This document shows, one piece after another, positions 1 through 11,022 of a stretch of DNA of 64,000 bases; position 1 is the first letter of the stretch; every line of letters begins with the position of its first letter. Source of the DNA: Octopus sinensis (lineage: Eukaryota); contig NC_043002.1 of assembly GCF_006345805.1 (NCBI RefSeq), positions 86,676,001 through 86,740,000 on the forward strand, given 5' to 3'. The position numbers were made by a program, and so were the translations under genes. The notes under the pieces are model-generated. The model saw only the letters and a list, made by a program, of their open reading frames with translations, was not told the DNA's origin and did no database searches.

Positions 1-63
1 AGGTGCCAGACGAGGCTGGCGAACGTCCACACTCGGATGGTGTTTTTTACGTGCCACCGGCAC
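1..63 (-). mobile_element. RTE-LINE 3'UTR repeat fragment (cut by window edge)
   Basis: Same GGTGCCAGACGAGGCTGGC...CGGATGGTG.TTTTTACGTGCCACCGGCAC unit as the RTE 3'UTR at 60545-60750. Confidence 0.75.
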
Positions 64-84
64 ATAGAAAAATCCTCTTATTCC

Positions 85-164
<80 letters not shown>

Positions 165-470
165 GTTGTTTGTTGTTCCTTCTCAAGCCATGCCTGGCTC
201 ATAAGGGCCGGTTTCCCGGTTTCTTGGCATATAGGTTCTCCACCTGGACGGGATGTCAGTCTGTCGCAGGTGAGCTGCAAGATGCAGGAGGAAAGAGTGA
301 GAGAAAGTTGTGGCAAAAGAGTCAGCAGAAGTTCGCCATTACCTTCTGCCGGAGCCGTGTGGAGCTTAGGTGTTTTCGCTCATAAACACATACATCATCC
401 GGTCTGAGATTTGAACCCGCGATCCCTTGACCGCGAGTGCGCTGCTCTAACCACTAGGCCATGTGCCTCC
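165..470 (-). mobile_element. tRNA-derived SINE (head shared with 8000-8293 family, different 3' half)
   Basis: Minus strand GGAGGCACATGGCCTAGTGGTTAGAG (A box) ... GGGTTCAAATCTC (B box); (AAC)n-like tail; microsatellite flanks. Confidence 0.85.
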
Positions 471-529
471 AGTATGTATGTATGTATGTATGTATGTATG
501 TATGTATGTATGTATGTATGTATGTATAA

Positions 530-680
530 TGAGCTTCTTTTCAGTTTCCGTCTACAAAATCCACTCACAAATGACCTGAGCCATAGTAAAAGACATTTTG
601 CCCAAGGTGCCATGAAGTGGGACTGAACCCAAGTCCATATGGTTGGGAAGCGAGTTTCTTAACCACACTGCTGTGCCTGC
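530..680 (-). mobile_element. CORE-type SINE 5' fragment (OR2-like)
   Basis: GGTTCAGTCCCAC...CACCTTGGGCAA shared with full copies at 28823, 42156, 45729 and 58323. Confidence 0.75.
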
Positions 681-990
681 TTTTGTTTTATTTTTAGTTT
701 TTACATATTGTAAGGTTCAGAAGCCCACAATTTAAATGTGTACTTCTATATTTTTAAAGGACAAGATGTGATTTAGGGGAGATTTAGCTACTATTTCTAG
801 CAAGCCAAATGACAACACAGAGACCGTTTCATTGAATTATAATCTTTTGAGAATGGGAGTGGTTATGAGGATAGGATTATGGAGTAGGTTGCTGCTACTG
901 CTGCTGCGGCTATCCTTATCACAATTCTTCCTTATCTCAATATGGGTAATATTTTATCTCCACTTTATTATTCATGTTGAAAAATGCTTA

Positions 991-1024
<34 letters not shown>

Positions 1025-1030
<6 letters not shown>

Positions 1031-1670
1031 GTACAAAATCAACAAGTTTGCAGTAGCAGGGAGGGCATGTCGACTATATCAACCCCATTACTTGACAAGT
1101 GATATATTTTATCAATCCCCCCCGCCACCAAAAGAATGAAAGACAATGTTGACTTAGCCCGGATTTGAACTCAAAATGTACTGAATCAGAACAAATACCT
1201 CAAATCATTTTTTTCCCAGTTCTCTAATGATTCTGCCCATGGCCAACAGTGTTGAAGCAGGATTTAGTAAATTACATTAATACCATTAGTTTACAGGTAC
1301 TTTATTTTATTGACCCTGGAGGGATAAAAGACAAAGTTGACTTAGATGAGATTTGAACTCTGAACATAAAAGGCTCAAGGAAATACCACAAAACAATTTG
1401 TTTTACACTAACAATTTTGTCAAAATAATAATAATGATAATCATAATAATAATAATAATTTTTTCTACTAAAGCACAAGGCTAACAATTTGGGGGGAGGG
1501 GGCAAGTCAATTATATTGACCCCAGTGTTCAACTGGTACTTATTTTATCAACTCTGAAAGGATGAAAGGCAAATTAACTTTGGTAGCATTTGAACATAGG
1601 ATGTAAAGACAGACAAAATGCTGCTAAGCATTTTGCTTGGTGTAGTAACAATTCTGCCAACTCACTGCCC
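1025..1670 (-). mobile_element. Three decayed OR1-like SINE copies between (AAT)n tracts
   Basis: Repeated ...TGAAAGGATGAAAGGCAAAGT.GAC.T....GAATTTGAACTC... variants matching 39864-40097 and 47835-48065. Confidence 0.7.
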
Positions 1671-1709
<39 letters not shown>

Positions 1710-1713
<4 letters not shown>

Positions 1714-2160
1714 CTGTCCCAATCAATATAAACGTATCTGTCAAGACCTACCAAAAACTGAGCAAATATAAAGATCTTGAAATAGAAATTAGCACAATGT
1801 GGAACCTGAAGACTAAAACAATACCTATTGTCATAGGTGCCCTGGGAATAATAACAAAAGGGGCTGATTGCTACCTAGCTCAGATACCAGGAAACCCAAA
1901 AAAGGCAGAAATTCAAAAGATAGTGCTCATGGGAACTGCTCATATCTTACACAAAATACTTTCTATGTAATCTCAAGTTTTAAAACACATAATTTTCTTA
2001 TGGTTTCTTAAACATTCTCTATAACAACACTATATACAAAACCAAATATATGGCACCCTAGGCATAATACCAACATGAACTTCCTACTTGTCTCTTGAGG
2101 TCTCTGGGTGAGACTTGGAGCCAACTTGTATAAATGTAAAGCAAAAGTCAAACATAAAAT
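1710..2160 (+). mobile_element. R4/Dong-like non-LTR retrotransposon 3' end (restriction-like endonuclease C-terminus plus 3'UTR)
   Basis: Translation KTYQKLSKYKDLEIEISTMWNLKTKTIPIVIGALG...EIQKIVLMGTAHIL fits the REL-domain C-terminus; (TAA)n on both sides. Confidence 0.8.
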
Positions 2161-2199
2161 AATAATAATAATAATATAAATAATAATAATAATAATAAC

Positions 2200-2232
<33 letters not shown>

Positions 2233-2971
2233 CCATGAAACAAATAGGGGCTGCAATAAGGGTGGAGCATTTTCAGAAAACAGCACTCCTGATGGTGCAT
2301 GAAAAATAAGGGGTGTTACCTTAGTTCACTGGTAGTGAACAGCTGACACCGAAGTACATCTCCAGCATTAGAAGCTGTGCAAAGACAATCAATAATATTA
2401 ATAAATAATTATAATAATCTTATGGCTTCTGATTTTAATTGATTGGAAGTGTTAACATGTTTTGACTTGGTGTAAAAGATGGGCTACAGCAAATATTCTG
2501 TTAAATACCACAGATTTGCTTGTCAGTTGTTTGACCTTAACCTGTTGAGCATGCCATTTAATGGCTGATGATATGTGCATCTCCGATCATAAGCAGGTGT
2601 GGTGTGGGAGCATCATAACCATGTGTTGAGAGGGATTCTTTGGTATTTGAATAATCCACCCTTGGAAACATGGATGTCTTGCTCATCATCCTTAAACAAC
2701 ACTTATTCAGGGACATTTTGAGTGGGATGGGCTACTTGATCTGAAAAAAATTCTAATGGAGCCACACCTGCAACGTCATGCACTGTTTGTCTTGATATGA
2801 TGTTACCATATTGTGCACATATGTTTGTGATGCATGTACCTGGTGTACCTTTATCAGACGAGTATGATTGGTATATCAGGCTTCATACATTTTTTCCTCA
2901 GCATGTAGTTGCTCTCTCACTCAATAATAATAATAATAATAATAAAATAATAATAATAATAATAATAATAA

Positions 2972-3237
2972 ATTCTTTTTATTGGCCACAAGGGCTGACA
3001 AATATGATTGGAAAACATAAAGGGACAAAAAGGACGAAAGGTTACAAAAGGTTTTGTCTGTTTTTCGAAAGAAAAAAGTCCGTGTAAACAAGCTTTACAA
3101 CACCGAAAAAATTCAACAATTTACAAGACTCCCAATGGAGGAGACGCTTCAAAAAAAGAAAAGGTCTCACGTGGAAAAACCCATAAAAGCCACGGGAGCC
3201 TGGTCAAAAGGGCGAAACCTCAGAATTGGTCCATATA
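2972..3237 (-). mobile_element. Probable retroposon 3' end
   Basis: Minus strand ends CAGCCCTTGTGGCCAATAAAAAGAA before (TTA)n, resembling the OR1-like SINE tail AGCCCCTTGTGGGCAATAAGGAAATA. Confidence 0.45.
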
Positions 3238-3325
3238 ATAATAGTTAAGACTATATAGGACCGAGGTAACTCATCCAGAAGTTATACACAAATAAATAGA
3301 AGAGTGCCATATCATGTAAAATTGG

Positions 3326-3368
3326 TTGAACGATATTTCGGCATCTGGCGTGCCTTCCACAGGTTCAA
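3326..3368 (-). ncRNA. Minimal type I hammerhead ribozyme motif (A6U core)
   Basis: TTGAAC-CTGTGGA-A-GGCA cgccaga TGCC-GAAA-TA-TC-GTTCAA: 6-bp stem I, 4-bp stem II. Confidence 0.7.
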
Positions 3369-3478
3369 ATATTACGTGTCAGTCTACTTCATTTTTGTTA
3401 AGACTATATAGGACTGAGGTAACTCATCCAGAAGTTATACACAAATAAATAGAAGAGTGCCATATCATGGGAAATTGG

Positions 3479-3521
3479 TTGAACGATATTTCGGCATCTA
3501 GCATGCCTTCCACAGGTTCAA
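3479..3521 (-). ncRNA. Minimal hammerhead motif, second tandem copy
   Basis: TTGAAC-CTGTGGA-A-GGCA tgctaga TGCC-GAAA-TA-TC-GTTCAA. Confidence 0.7.
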
Positions 3522-3628
3522 ATATTACCTGTTAGTCTACTTCATTTTTGTTAAAACTATATAGGACCGATGAGTTACCTCGGTCCTATATAGTCTTAAC
3601 AAAAATGAAGTAGACCAACATGTAATAT

Positions 3629-3671
3629 TTGAACCTGTGGAAGGCATGCTAGATGCCAAAATATCGTTCAA
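3629..3671 (+). ncRNA. Hammerhead motif in the inverted copy, GAAA mutated to AAAA
   Basis: TTGAAC-CTGTGGA-A-GGCA tgctaga TGCC-AAAA-TA-TC-GTTCAA. Confidence 0.5.
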
Positions 3672-3694
3672 CCAATTTGACATGATACAGCACT

Positions 3695-3960
3695 CTAATA
3701 ATAATAATAATAATCCTTTCTATTTAATATTTTAAAAGGATTGACATATCTCTTCACAAAGGTAAATAGACAATACAAAGAGTGTGATGCAATTGCAATA
3801 AATATTTCGACAGCTAGCCTGTCTTTGTCAAGTTCAAAATGAAAAGTGATACATAAAAATTCAAAATTATAGAAATTCAAATCCAAAGTATGAATGAGGG
3901 CAACCAGCATCTCCATGTTGATGGAATGATACCACCAGTCTTCAATTTTCAAGTTTGCAA
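3695..3960 (-). other. Candidate exon of a minus-strand transcript
   Basis: Strong acceptor TTCTTTTTTCTTTCTGTCTCTTTTTGCCAG| at 3961/3960; one open frame ANLKIEDWWYHSINMEML...; no homology recognised. Confidence 0.25.
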
Positions 3961-4209
3961 CTGGCAAAAAGAGACAGAAAGAAAAAAGAAATGGAAAGTA
4001 AAAAGAAAATGCAAAAGAAGAATATTTAATCAAACAATTTTGTGTAAATATGATGAAATTCTCCTGTCATTTTATTCATTCCTCCAGAGCATGATGTTAA
4101 TAACATGCAAACATATTTCTCTTCATGCATTTTGAGTACTGAAAGTGTAACAGATTCAAAATATTTTCTGAGATATGCACTTTCAAGTCTTTCAAAACAC
4201 ATAATAATT

Positions 4210-4653
4210 AAATAAGGCCAACAGTTTTGAGGGAAGGGGCTAAGTTGGTATTATTGATCCCCCAGTACTTGATGGTACTTTATTTTATCAACCTTGAAAA
4301 AATTAAAGGTGAAGTTGACATTGGTGGGATTTGAGTTCAAAACATGGAGCTAGAACAAATATTGCAATGCATTTTTTCCATTGCTCTGATAATTCCATCA
4401 CTCCTCTAAAAACAACAACAATAATAATAATAATCCTTTCTACTAAAGGCACAAAGCCTGAAATTTTGTGGGAGGGGACTAGTTGATTACCATTGATCCC
4501 AGTGCAAAACTAGTACTTATCTTATCCACCCTGATAAGGATGACAGGCAAAGTCAACCTCAGCAGAATTTGAACTCAGAACATAGCAACGGATAAAATGT
4601 CCTTAAGTATCTTGTCTGGCATGCTAACAGTTCTGCGAGCTTGCTGTCTTAAA

Positions 4654-4686
<33 letters not shown>

Positions 4687-4817
4687 CCTTTCTACAAAAG
4701 GTACAAGGATGAAAGGTAAGATTGACCTCAGCAGAATTTGAACTTAGAATGTGAAGATGAACAAAAGGCTGCTAAACATTTTGTCCGGTATGCTAAGGAG
4801 TCTGCCAGCTCACCACC

Positions 4818-4820
<3 letters not shown>
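4210..4820 (-). mobile_element. Cluster of three OR1-like SINE copies or fragments
   Basis: GGCAAAGTCAACCTCAGCAGAATTTGAACTCAGAA and TCTGCCAGCTCACCACC head motifs. Confidence 0.7.
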
Positions 4821-4856
<36 letters not shown>

Positions 4857-5375
4857 GTTTGAAGCTGGAAACAGTACATTCGCCAAGTCAAAAGAATACT
4901 GTAGTCGGAGAAATGTTAGATTTTGTGGGACTTTCCTATTCAAATGGACAAGAAGTTAGAAAATAACAGACTGGACATAACAATTATAGATAAAGAAAAG
5001 TGAAGTTGCCCCATCATGCCTGTTTGATTTCAAGATTGTAAAGAAAGAGGAAGAAAAGCAAAAAGAAAATAATGCAATCCCTTAAAATTTGAAATAGTAA
5101 GAATTTGGGGTATGTGAACAATAAGGCTATGCCTATAATAAATGGTGTGTTGGGGGACAGTAAGCAAAGATATAAACAAATAGTTGAAGGAGATTGGAAT
5201 AGAATGTCCAGTAGAGCTCCTACAGAAAGTTTGTCTCTTGGGGTCAGCAAAAATTATCAGGAGGGTTCTAAGCACTTGAAAGGCTGCTGAAAACTTGTGG
5301 ATACCTAAGGCTATAAGTAGTAACCTGCTATCCACATAAATCCTATCAAGAATAAGAGCAAACTTAAGCCAAAGC
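4857..5375 (+). mobile_element. Decayed R4/Dong-like REL endonuclease fragment
   Basis: ILWDFPIQMDKKLENNRLDITIIDKEK (about 4920-5000) matches the WDFxIQTD...NRPDI motif; later PIINGVLG; (TAA)n flanks. Confidence 0.7.
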
Positions 5376-5390
5376 AAAATAATAATAAAG

Positions 5391-5430
<40 letters not shown>

Positions 5431-6204
5431 TAATAATAATAATGGTTCCACGTTTTGGCACAAGGCCAGCAATTTTGGGATAAATTACTCAGAATGTAAA
5501 GATAGACAAAGGCTGCTAGGCATTTTGTCTACTGTGCAAGTGATTCTGCCAGCTCACCACTTTTGATGACGACAATGGTGATAATGATGATGATAATGAC
5601 AATGACGACAACATTGATCCCTTTCTGCCACAACAATGTCCTCCTCCTCCTCGTCCTTTACCTCCTGTTATATTCATTCTTTAAAATTTAGCATGTATTC
5701 TATTTAATGGTTAAAATATTGCTGTCTCACATAGTCACAAGGTCTCACATTTGGAGGAAGGTGTGTAATATATTTAGCCCCCCTCCCCCACCGTCCCCAG
5801 CACTTAAACTGTTACTGTATCAAACTCCAGAAAGATGAAAAGTGAAGGTGACCTCAGCAGGATTTGAACTCAGAATGTAAGAGTATGTCTCTAAATACTG
5901 CCAATGCACTGCCCTAGTTAGTAATAAAATAGTAAAAGATTATATTATATTAAATCATATGTTTATGCATGCACATGTGCATGAAGCCTGTATCTCTTAT
6001 TTGATTACTAACCTGCTTGTCTATGATTGAAACCTCTTGTAGTGACCACAATGTGAAATAGTGGCTTGGCAGGCTAAACTTAATAGTCAAATCTCAACCT
6101 AAAATCTACCAGCTATCTCCAAACTGAATATTAAATGCTAAAAAATTTATATCTCATGGTCATAACAGAGATGGTTACTGAAGTATTAATACAGCATATA
6201 TTAT

Positions 6205-6602
6205 TGATTTCAAATTTTGACACGAGGCCTGCAATTTCAGGGGTGGGATTAAATTGATTAAATTGACCTCAGTGCTCAACTGGTACCTATTTTATTGACT
6301 CTGGAAGGATGAAAAGCAAACTGATCTCAGCGGCATTTGAACCCAGAACATAAACATGTGAAATGTCACTAAGAATTTTGCCCAGCATGCCAATGATTCA
6401 GCCAGCTCACCACCTTTTAGCATATATTATTGCCGTTACGTTCTGAGTTCAAATTCCACCGAGGTAAACTTTGCCTTTCATCCTTTCGGGGTTGATAAAT
6501 TGAGTACCAGTTACGCACTGAGGTCGATGTAATCGACTTAATCTGTTTGTCTGTCCTTGTTTGTCCCCTCTTTGTTTAGCCCCTTGTGAGTAGTAAAGAA
6601 AT
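6205..6602. mobile_element. Two OR1-like SINEs in opposite orientation (6205-6415 minus; 6432-6602 plus)
   Basis: GAGTTCAAATTCCACCGAGGT..ACTTTGCCTTTCATCCTTTCGGGGT.GATAAA on plus; its complement upstream. Confidence 0.75.
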
Positions 6603-7345
6603 ATATATTATTGATAAATATATACACTGCTATTTGTATGTATTTAGCCTTACTGTGAAATTGGGCCTTGTGGGGACTAGCTATTACAGCAGGTTTGAAT
6701 AAGGATCAACCCAATCAATTTCCTTGTTACTTAACAATTGATCAGGAACCACTTGTGTTTCCTTCTCAAAATGCTGTGTGTAAGTAACAAAAGACTACTT
6801 ATTAAAATGCAAAAAAAGTGTTTAGTCATACATAGTTATTAGCATAATAGAGATAGCATAATTAAGACTAGAGCACCAATTGAACAACAAATTATTTTTT
6901 ATCTACTGTCAGATTTGGACGCATAGCAATCTCAAGGTCTGTGTGCAGTCAGGTGAAGTTTTGGTTTTTCACTGGATGTATTCAGATCAACAAAAACTGG
7001 GTTTTCTTTCAGCCATTTTGTCTATAATAAACAGAATGCTTGTTGATTCTCCTCTTTTTACAAACCTCCTCTTTGCTTCTTTTTCAACACAATAACCCAA
7101 AAACCCAGATTAGACCAATACTGCAGAAAAGAAAATTTTCTATTGCCTTGAATAACAGATAAGTCAATTGCTGTATATCTGTTTCTACAAGGTTGCAAAT
7201 ACATGTTATTTTCCTATCTCTTACCTCCACCATATTACCTGGTTGCATTACATGTGAAATGCAAAATTAACTTTAATTCATGTAGATATGTTTTCACTGT
7301 TTTCTTCAATGCATGAGTCATGCCATTGATTTTTGTGAACACAAG

Positions 7346-7404
<59 letters not shown>

Positions 7405-7909
7405 CCATTTAACATCTACTTTTCCATGTTTGCTTGGGTCAGATGGAATTGTTGAGGCAGATTCTTTATGGCCAGATGCCTTTCTTGTTGCCTATCCACA
7501 TCTGTTTCCAAGCAAAGTAATATTTCCCCACTGTCAGACATGCTTTCACAGAAGATTGGAAACAAAGAACACCTACATATATACATACATATATATGCCA
7601 TCATCATCGTTTAACGTCCAGTCTCCATGCTGGTATGCTTTAACAGTTTGACATAGAGCTGGTTGGTTAGCTGGGAGCTGTCCATTCCAACTGTCTGTTG
7701 TGGCATGGTTTCTATGGCTGGATACCCTTCCTAATGTTAACCACTTAACAGAGTGTACTGGGTGCATTTTATGAGTCACCATCACAGGTGTGGCTATGCA
7801 GCATCAGCACAGGTGTGTTAATGCAGCACTGGCATAAGTGCTTTCTCAGAGACACCAGCATCTGAAAGGACTGACCTGTATGTGTGGAAGACAGCAATTT
7901 CATGTATGA

Positions 7910-7988
<79 letters not shown>

Positions 7989-7999
7989 TGTGTGTGTGT

Positions 8000-8293
8000 G
8001 GAGGTGCAATGGCCCAGTGGTTAGGGCAGCGGACTCGCGGTCATAGGATCACGGTTTCGATTCCCAGACTGGGCGTTGTGAGTGTTTATTGAGCAAAAAC
8101 ACCTAAAAGCTCCACGAGGCTCCGGCAGGAGGTAGTGATCCCTGCTGTACTCTTTCACCACTCTTTCTTCTGTTGGCCTGCTCGCTTAGCCAGCGGGGTA
8201 GCGTCATCCGAAGGCTAAAAAACAATTCGAACGCATTGTGACCAGCGATGTGTAACAACATCTGATGGTCTGGTCGATCACGTGATCACGTGA
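8000..8293 (+). mobile_element. tRNA-derived SINE (Octopus OK-like), full length
   Basis: A box TGGCCCAGTGG, B box GGTTTCGATTCCC, tail CACGTGATCACGTGA; sister copies at 9878 and 26712. Confidence 0.88.
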
Positions 8294-8304
8294 TATATAT
8301 ATAT

Positions 8305-8655
8305 ATATGGATGAGGACAGCTGTGTGAAGAAGTGTCACACTTTGAAAGTGGAGGGAACCTGTGGAAGAGGTAGACCCAGGAAGACATGGGATGAGGTGG
8401 TGAAGCACCATTTGAGTGTGGCTGATGCCAGTGCTGACTGACTGGCACCCATGCCAGTGGCACCAGACTAGCATCTGTGCCAGTGGCACATAAAAAGCAC
8501 CCACTACACTCTTGGTGTGATTGGCATTAGGAAGGGTATCCAAGTGTAGAAACCTTGCCAAACCAGATTGGGGCCTGATGCAACCTCCTGGCTTGCCAGT
8601 CCTCAGTCCAACCCATTCCAACTTGGATTACAGATGTTAAACTAGGACAATGATG
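8305..8655 (+). mobile_element. RTE LINE 3' fragment
   Basis: MDEDSCVKKCHTLKVEGTCGRGRPRKTWDEVVKH, then 3'UTR GGCATTAGGAAGGG and (GAT)n tail. Confidence 0.8.
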
Positions 8656-9023
8656 ATGATATTTATACATGCGTGTGCGCGTGTGTGTGTCTGTGTAACA
8701 TACTTTCAGATTCTGTCTACCAAATCCATTCGCAAAGCATTGGTTGGCCCAGAGCTAGAGTAGGAGACACTTGTCCAAGATGTTGCACTGTGGGACTGAA
8801 CCTGAGGCCTCATGATTGGGAAGCAAACTTCTCAACCACACAACCAAATATATTTCTGAGAAAAAAAATTTTATCTGACAAGAACATTGAAATGACAAAA
8901 TTTTAATGCAATAGACAATATATCAGCTGTGGTATCAGCTGTTTGCATTTTGAGTGCAAACTCTCTGCTATAGTGGAGTCCTATGAATAGTAATGTTATT
9001 GAAAAGTGTTGACATCAAGTCTA

Positions 9024-9365
9024 ATCATCATCATCATCATTTAGCGTCCACTTTCCATGCTAGCATGGGTTGGACGGTTCAACTGGGGTCTGGGAAACCA
9101 GAAGGCTGCACCAGGCCCAGTCTGATCTGGCAATGTTTCTACAGCTGGATGCCCTTCCTAACGCCAATCACTCCATGAGTGTAGTGGGTGCTTTTTACGT
9201 GCCACCGGCACAGGTGCCAGACGAGGCTGGCAAACAGCCACGGTCGGATGGTGCTTTTTACGTGCCACTGGCACGGAGGCCAGTCGGGGCGGTGCTGGCA
9301 ATTGCCATGATCAGATGGTTCGCTTACGTGCCACCAGCACTGGTATCACAGCTCCGGCACTGGTG
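9024..9365 (-). mobile_element. 5'-truncated RTE 3'UTR retrocopy
   Basis: (CAT)n tail followed by sequence colinear with 60363-60760. Confidence 0.85.
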
Positions 9366-9877
9366 TAAAAAGAAAACAAAGAGACTGCTTATGAAACACC
9401 ACTGCGCTAACAAAACTAATATGGTGTAAGTCCAAAAGAACATCCTGAAGATATGACAGAATTTTTATTCATTCATACATGTATATGCATGTGTATGCAT
9501 ACATACTCACACATAGATGTATTTAATGCAGCAAATTGGCAGAGTTGTTATAATGCTGGATAGAATGCCTGGTAGTGTTCATTGAAACTCACAGCATTCC
9601 AAGTTCAAATCCTACAACAGTTATCTTTATCTTCCATTCTATCAGGTTGATAATGTACCTGTCCAGTATTGGGATTTATTCTTTTCTCTCCTCCCTTTCT
9701 TTTTTTTTTCTGGAAGAAATTGTTTGTGGTCAGGTCTGAAGTGAGATTGACTCCATCAGATTTACAATGTCCAAGACATTTTTCATTTGCTACTATAGCA
9801 TACTACATCTCCATCAAGAGTAGAGTGCCTAAGGTAGGCAAGGTGGTATGTGTGTGTGTGTGTATATATATATATAT

Positions 9878-10180
9878 CATCACCATGACCGACCAGGCTA
9901 TCAGATGTTGCTACACATAGCTGATCACAATGCGCTTCGCATTGTTTTAGCCTTCAAATGACGCCACCCTGCTGGCTAAGCGAGCAGGCCAACAGAAGAA
10001 AGAGTGAGAGAAAGTTGTGGCGAAAGAGTACAGCAGGGATCACCACCACCCCCTGCTGGAGCCTCGTAGAGCTTTAGGTGTTTTTGCTCTTTAGACACTC
10101 ACAACGCCCGGTGTGGGAATTGAAGCCACGATCCTACGACCGCGAGTCCGTTGCCCTAACCACTGGGCCATTGCGCCTCC
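9878..10180 (-). mobile_element. tRNA-derived SINE (OK-like), full length
   Basis: Reverse-complement match to 8000-8293. Confidence 0.88.
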
Positions 10181-10288
10181 ATATATATATATATAAAATT
10201 GCATAAGGGTAGAAGTTGATATTAATCAATTAAAACCAGTGGCCTAGCATATTAAAAAAATCCGAAGATTAAAATATTTTTTACCTAC

Positions 10289-10410
10289 AAAATTTAAAGG
10301 ACTGACCATTAAAAGTGGACGGTCAATATGCTAGATATAGACGTCAAAATAGCGATTTTGACGTCTGTATCTAGTATATTGACCATCCACTTTTAGTGGT
10401 CAGTCCTTTA

Positions 10411-10416
<6 letters not shown>
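10289..10416. repeat. Near-perfect hairpin, 62-bp arms with AGCG loop
   Basis: 10289-10350 is complementary to 10355-10416. Confidence 0.92.
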
Positions 10417-10447
<31 letters not shown>

Positions 10448-10550
10448 TAGATAGATAGATCGTCAATGTGTCTTATATTGGAAAAAGAAGCACACTCTAA
10501 AGCTCAGAGCATTAATGTATTTATAAGTAGTTGAGTCTATGTCCAGTCAT

Positions 10551-10612
10551 AGAGTGACCAATGGCTTCGCATCTACAAAGAGCTATGCCCTGTGAACATC
10601 TCATCAGACTTT
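10551..10612 (-). ncRNA. Hammerhead motif (GAAA to GAAG)
   Basis: AAAGT-CTGATGA-gatgttca...tagatgc-GAAG-CCATTGG-TC-ACTCT. Confidence 0.55.
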
Positions 10613-10642
10613 AAAGCCAAAGACTTTTTTCTCTTCGGCTTT

Positions 10643-10704
10643 AGAGTCTGATAAGACATTCATGGGGCTAAGCCCTTTTTGGATGTGAAATTATTGGTCA
10701 CTCT
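10643..10704 (+). ncRNA. Hammerhead motif (G8A)
   Basis: AGAGT-CTGATAA-g-ACATTCA...TGGATGT-GAAA-TTATTGG-TC-ACTCT: 5-bp stem I, 7-bp stem II. Confidence 0.6.
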
Positions 10705-10883
10705 GTGACCGGACATAGCCTCAACTACTTATAATATATATACATATATATTGCCTCAACTACTTATAATATATATATATATATTGGTAAAACTTCTAAT
10801 ATTTATATATATATATATTGGTAAAAACGGTAAGATAACAAAAGAAAGAAAGAAACCTCAATATTATGTAAAAAGAGGAAATT

Positions 10884-11022
10884 TATCTGTAAAATAATAT
10901 GTGACAATTATTCAATAGCCTGAGTTTCGGATGCCAAAGAGACAGTGTTGTGGATTTCCACCTCGGCATCCGAAAGTTTTATCTTGGCTATTGAATAATT
11001 GTCACATATTATTTTACAGATA
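10884..11022. repeat. Inverted repeat, 37-bp outer arms plus 11-bp inner arms
   Basis: TATCTGTAAAATAATATGTGACAATTATTCAATAGCC and its complement; inner TTTCGGATGCC/GGCATCCGAAA. Confidence 0.88.

Larger units (their letters stand above)
3244..3696. repeat. 153-bp tandem repeat (2 units plus 21 bp) followed by an inverted partial unit; Penelope pLTR/retrozyme-like
   Basis: Unit starts at 3244, 3397 and 3550; 3571-3696 is the reverse complement of unit sequence; (AAT)n flanks. Confidence 0.92.
10521..10734. repeat. Fold-back element, about 100-bp arms, one hammerhead motif per arm
   Basis: TTATAAGTAGTTGAG.CTATGTCC.GTCA.AGAGTGACCAAT mirrored at the right end; constant coordinate sum 21255. Confidence 0.9.

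Noticed and set aside
3244-3570. CRISPR-like array
   Set aside because: Whole units repeat with no unique spacers, the context is eukaryotic, and there are no cas genes.
6880-7135. Coding exon after minus-strand acceptor TTTTCTTTTCTGCAG at about 7122
   Set aside because: Stops in all three frames and no clear donor.
8000-8075. tRNA gene
   Set aside because: A and B boxes continue into a SINE body present in several copies; no complete cloverleaf or terminator.
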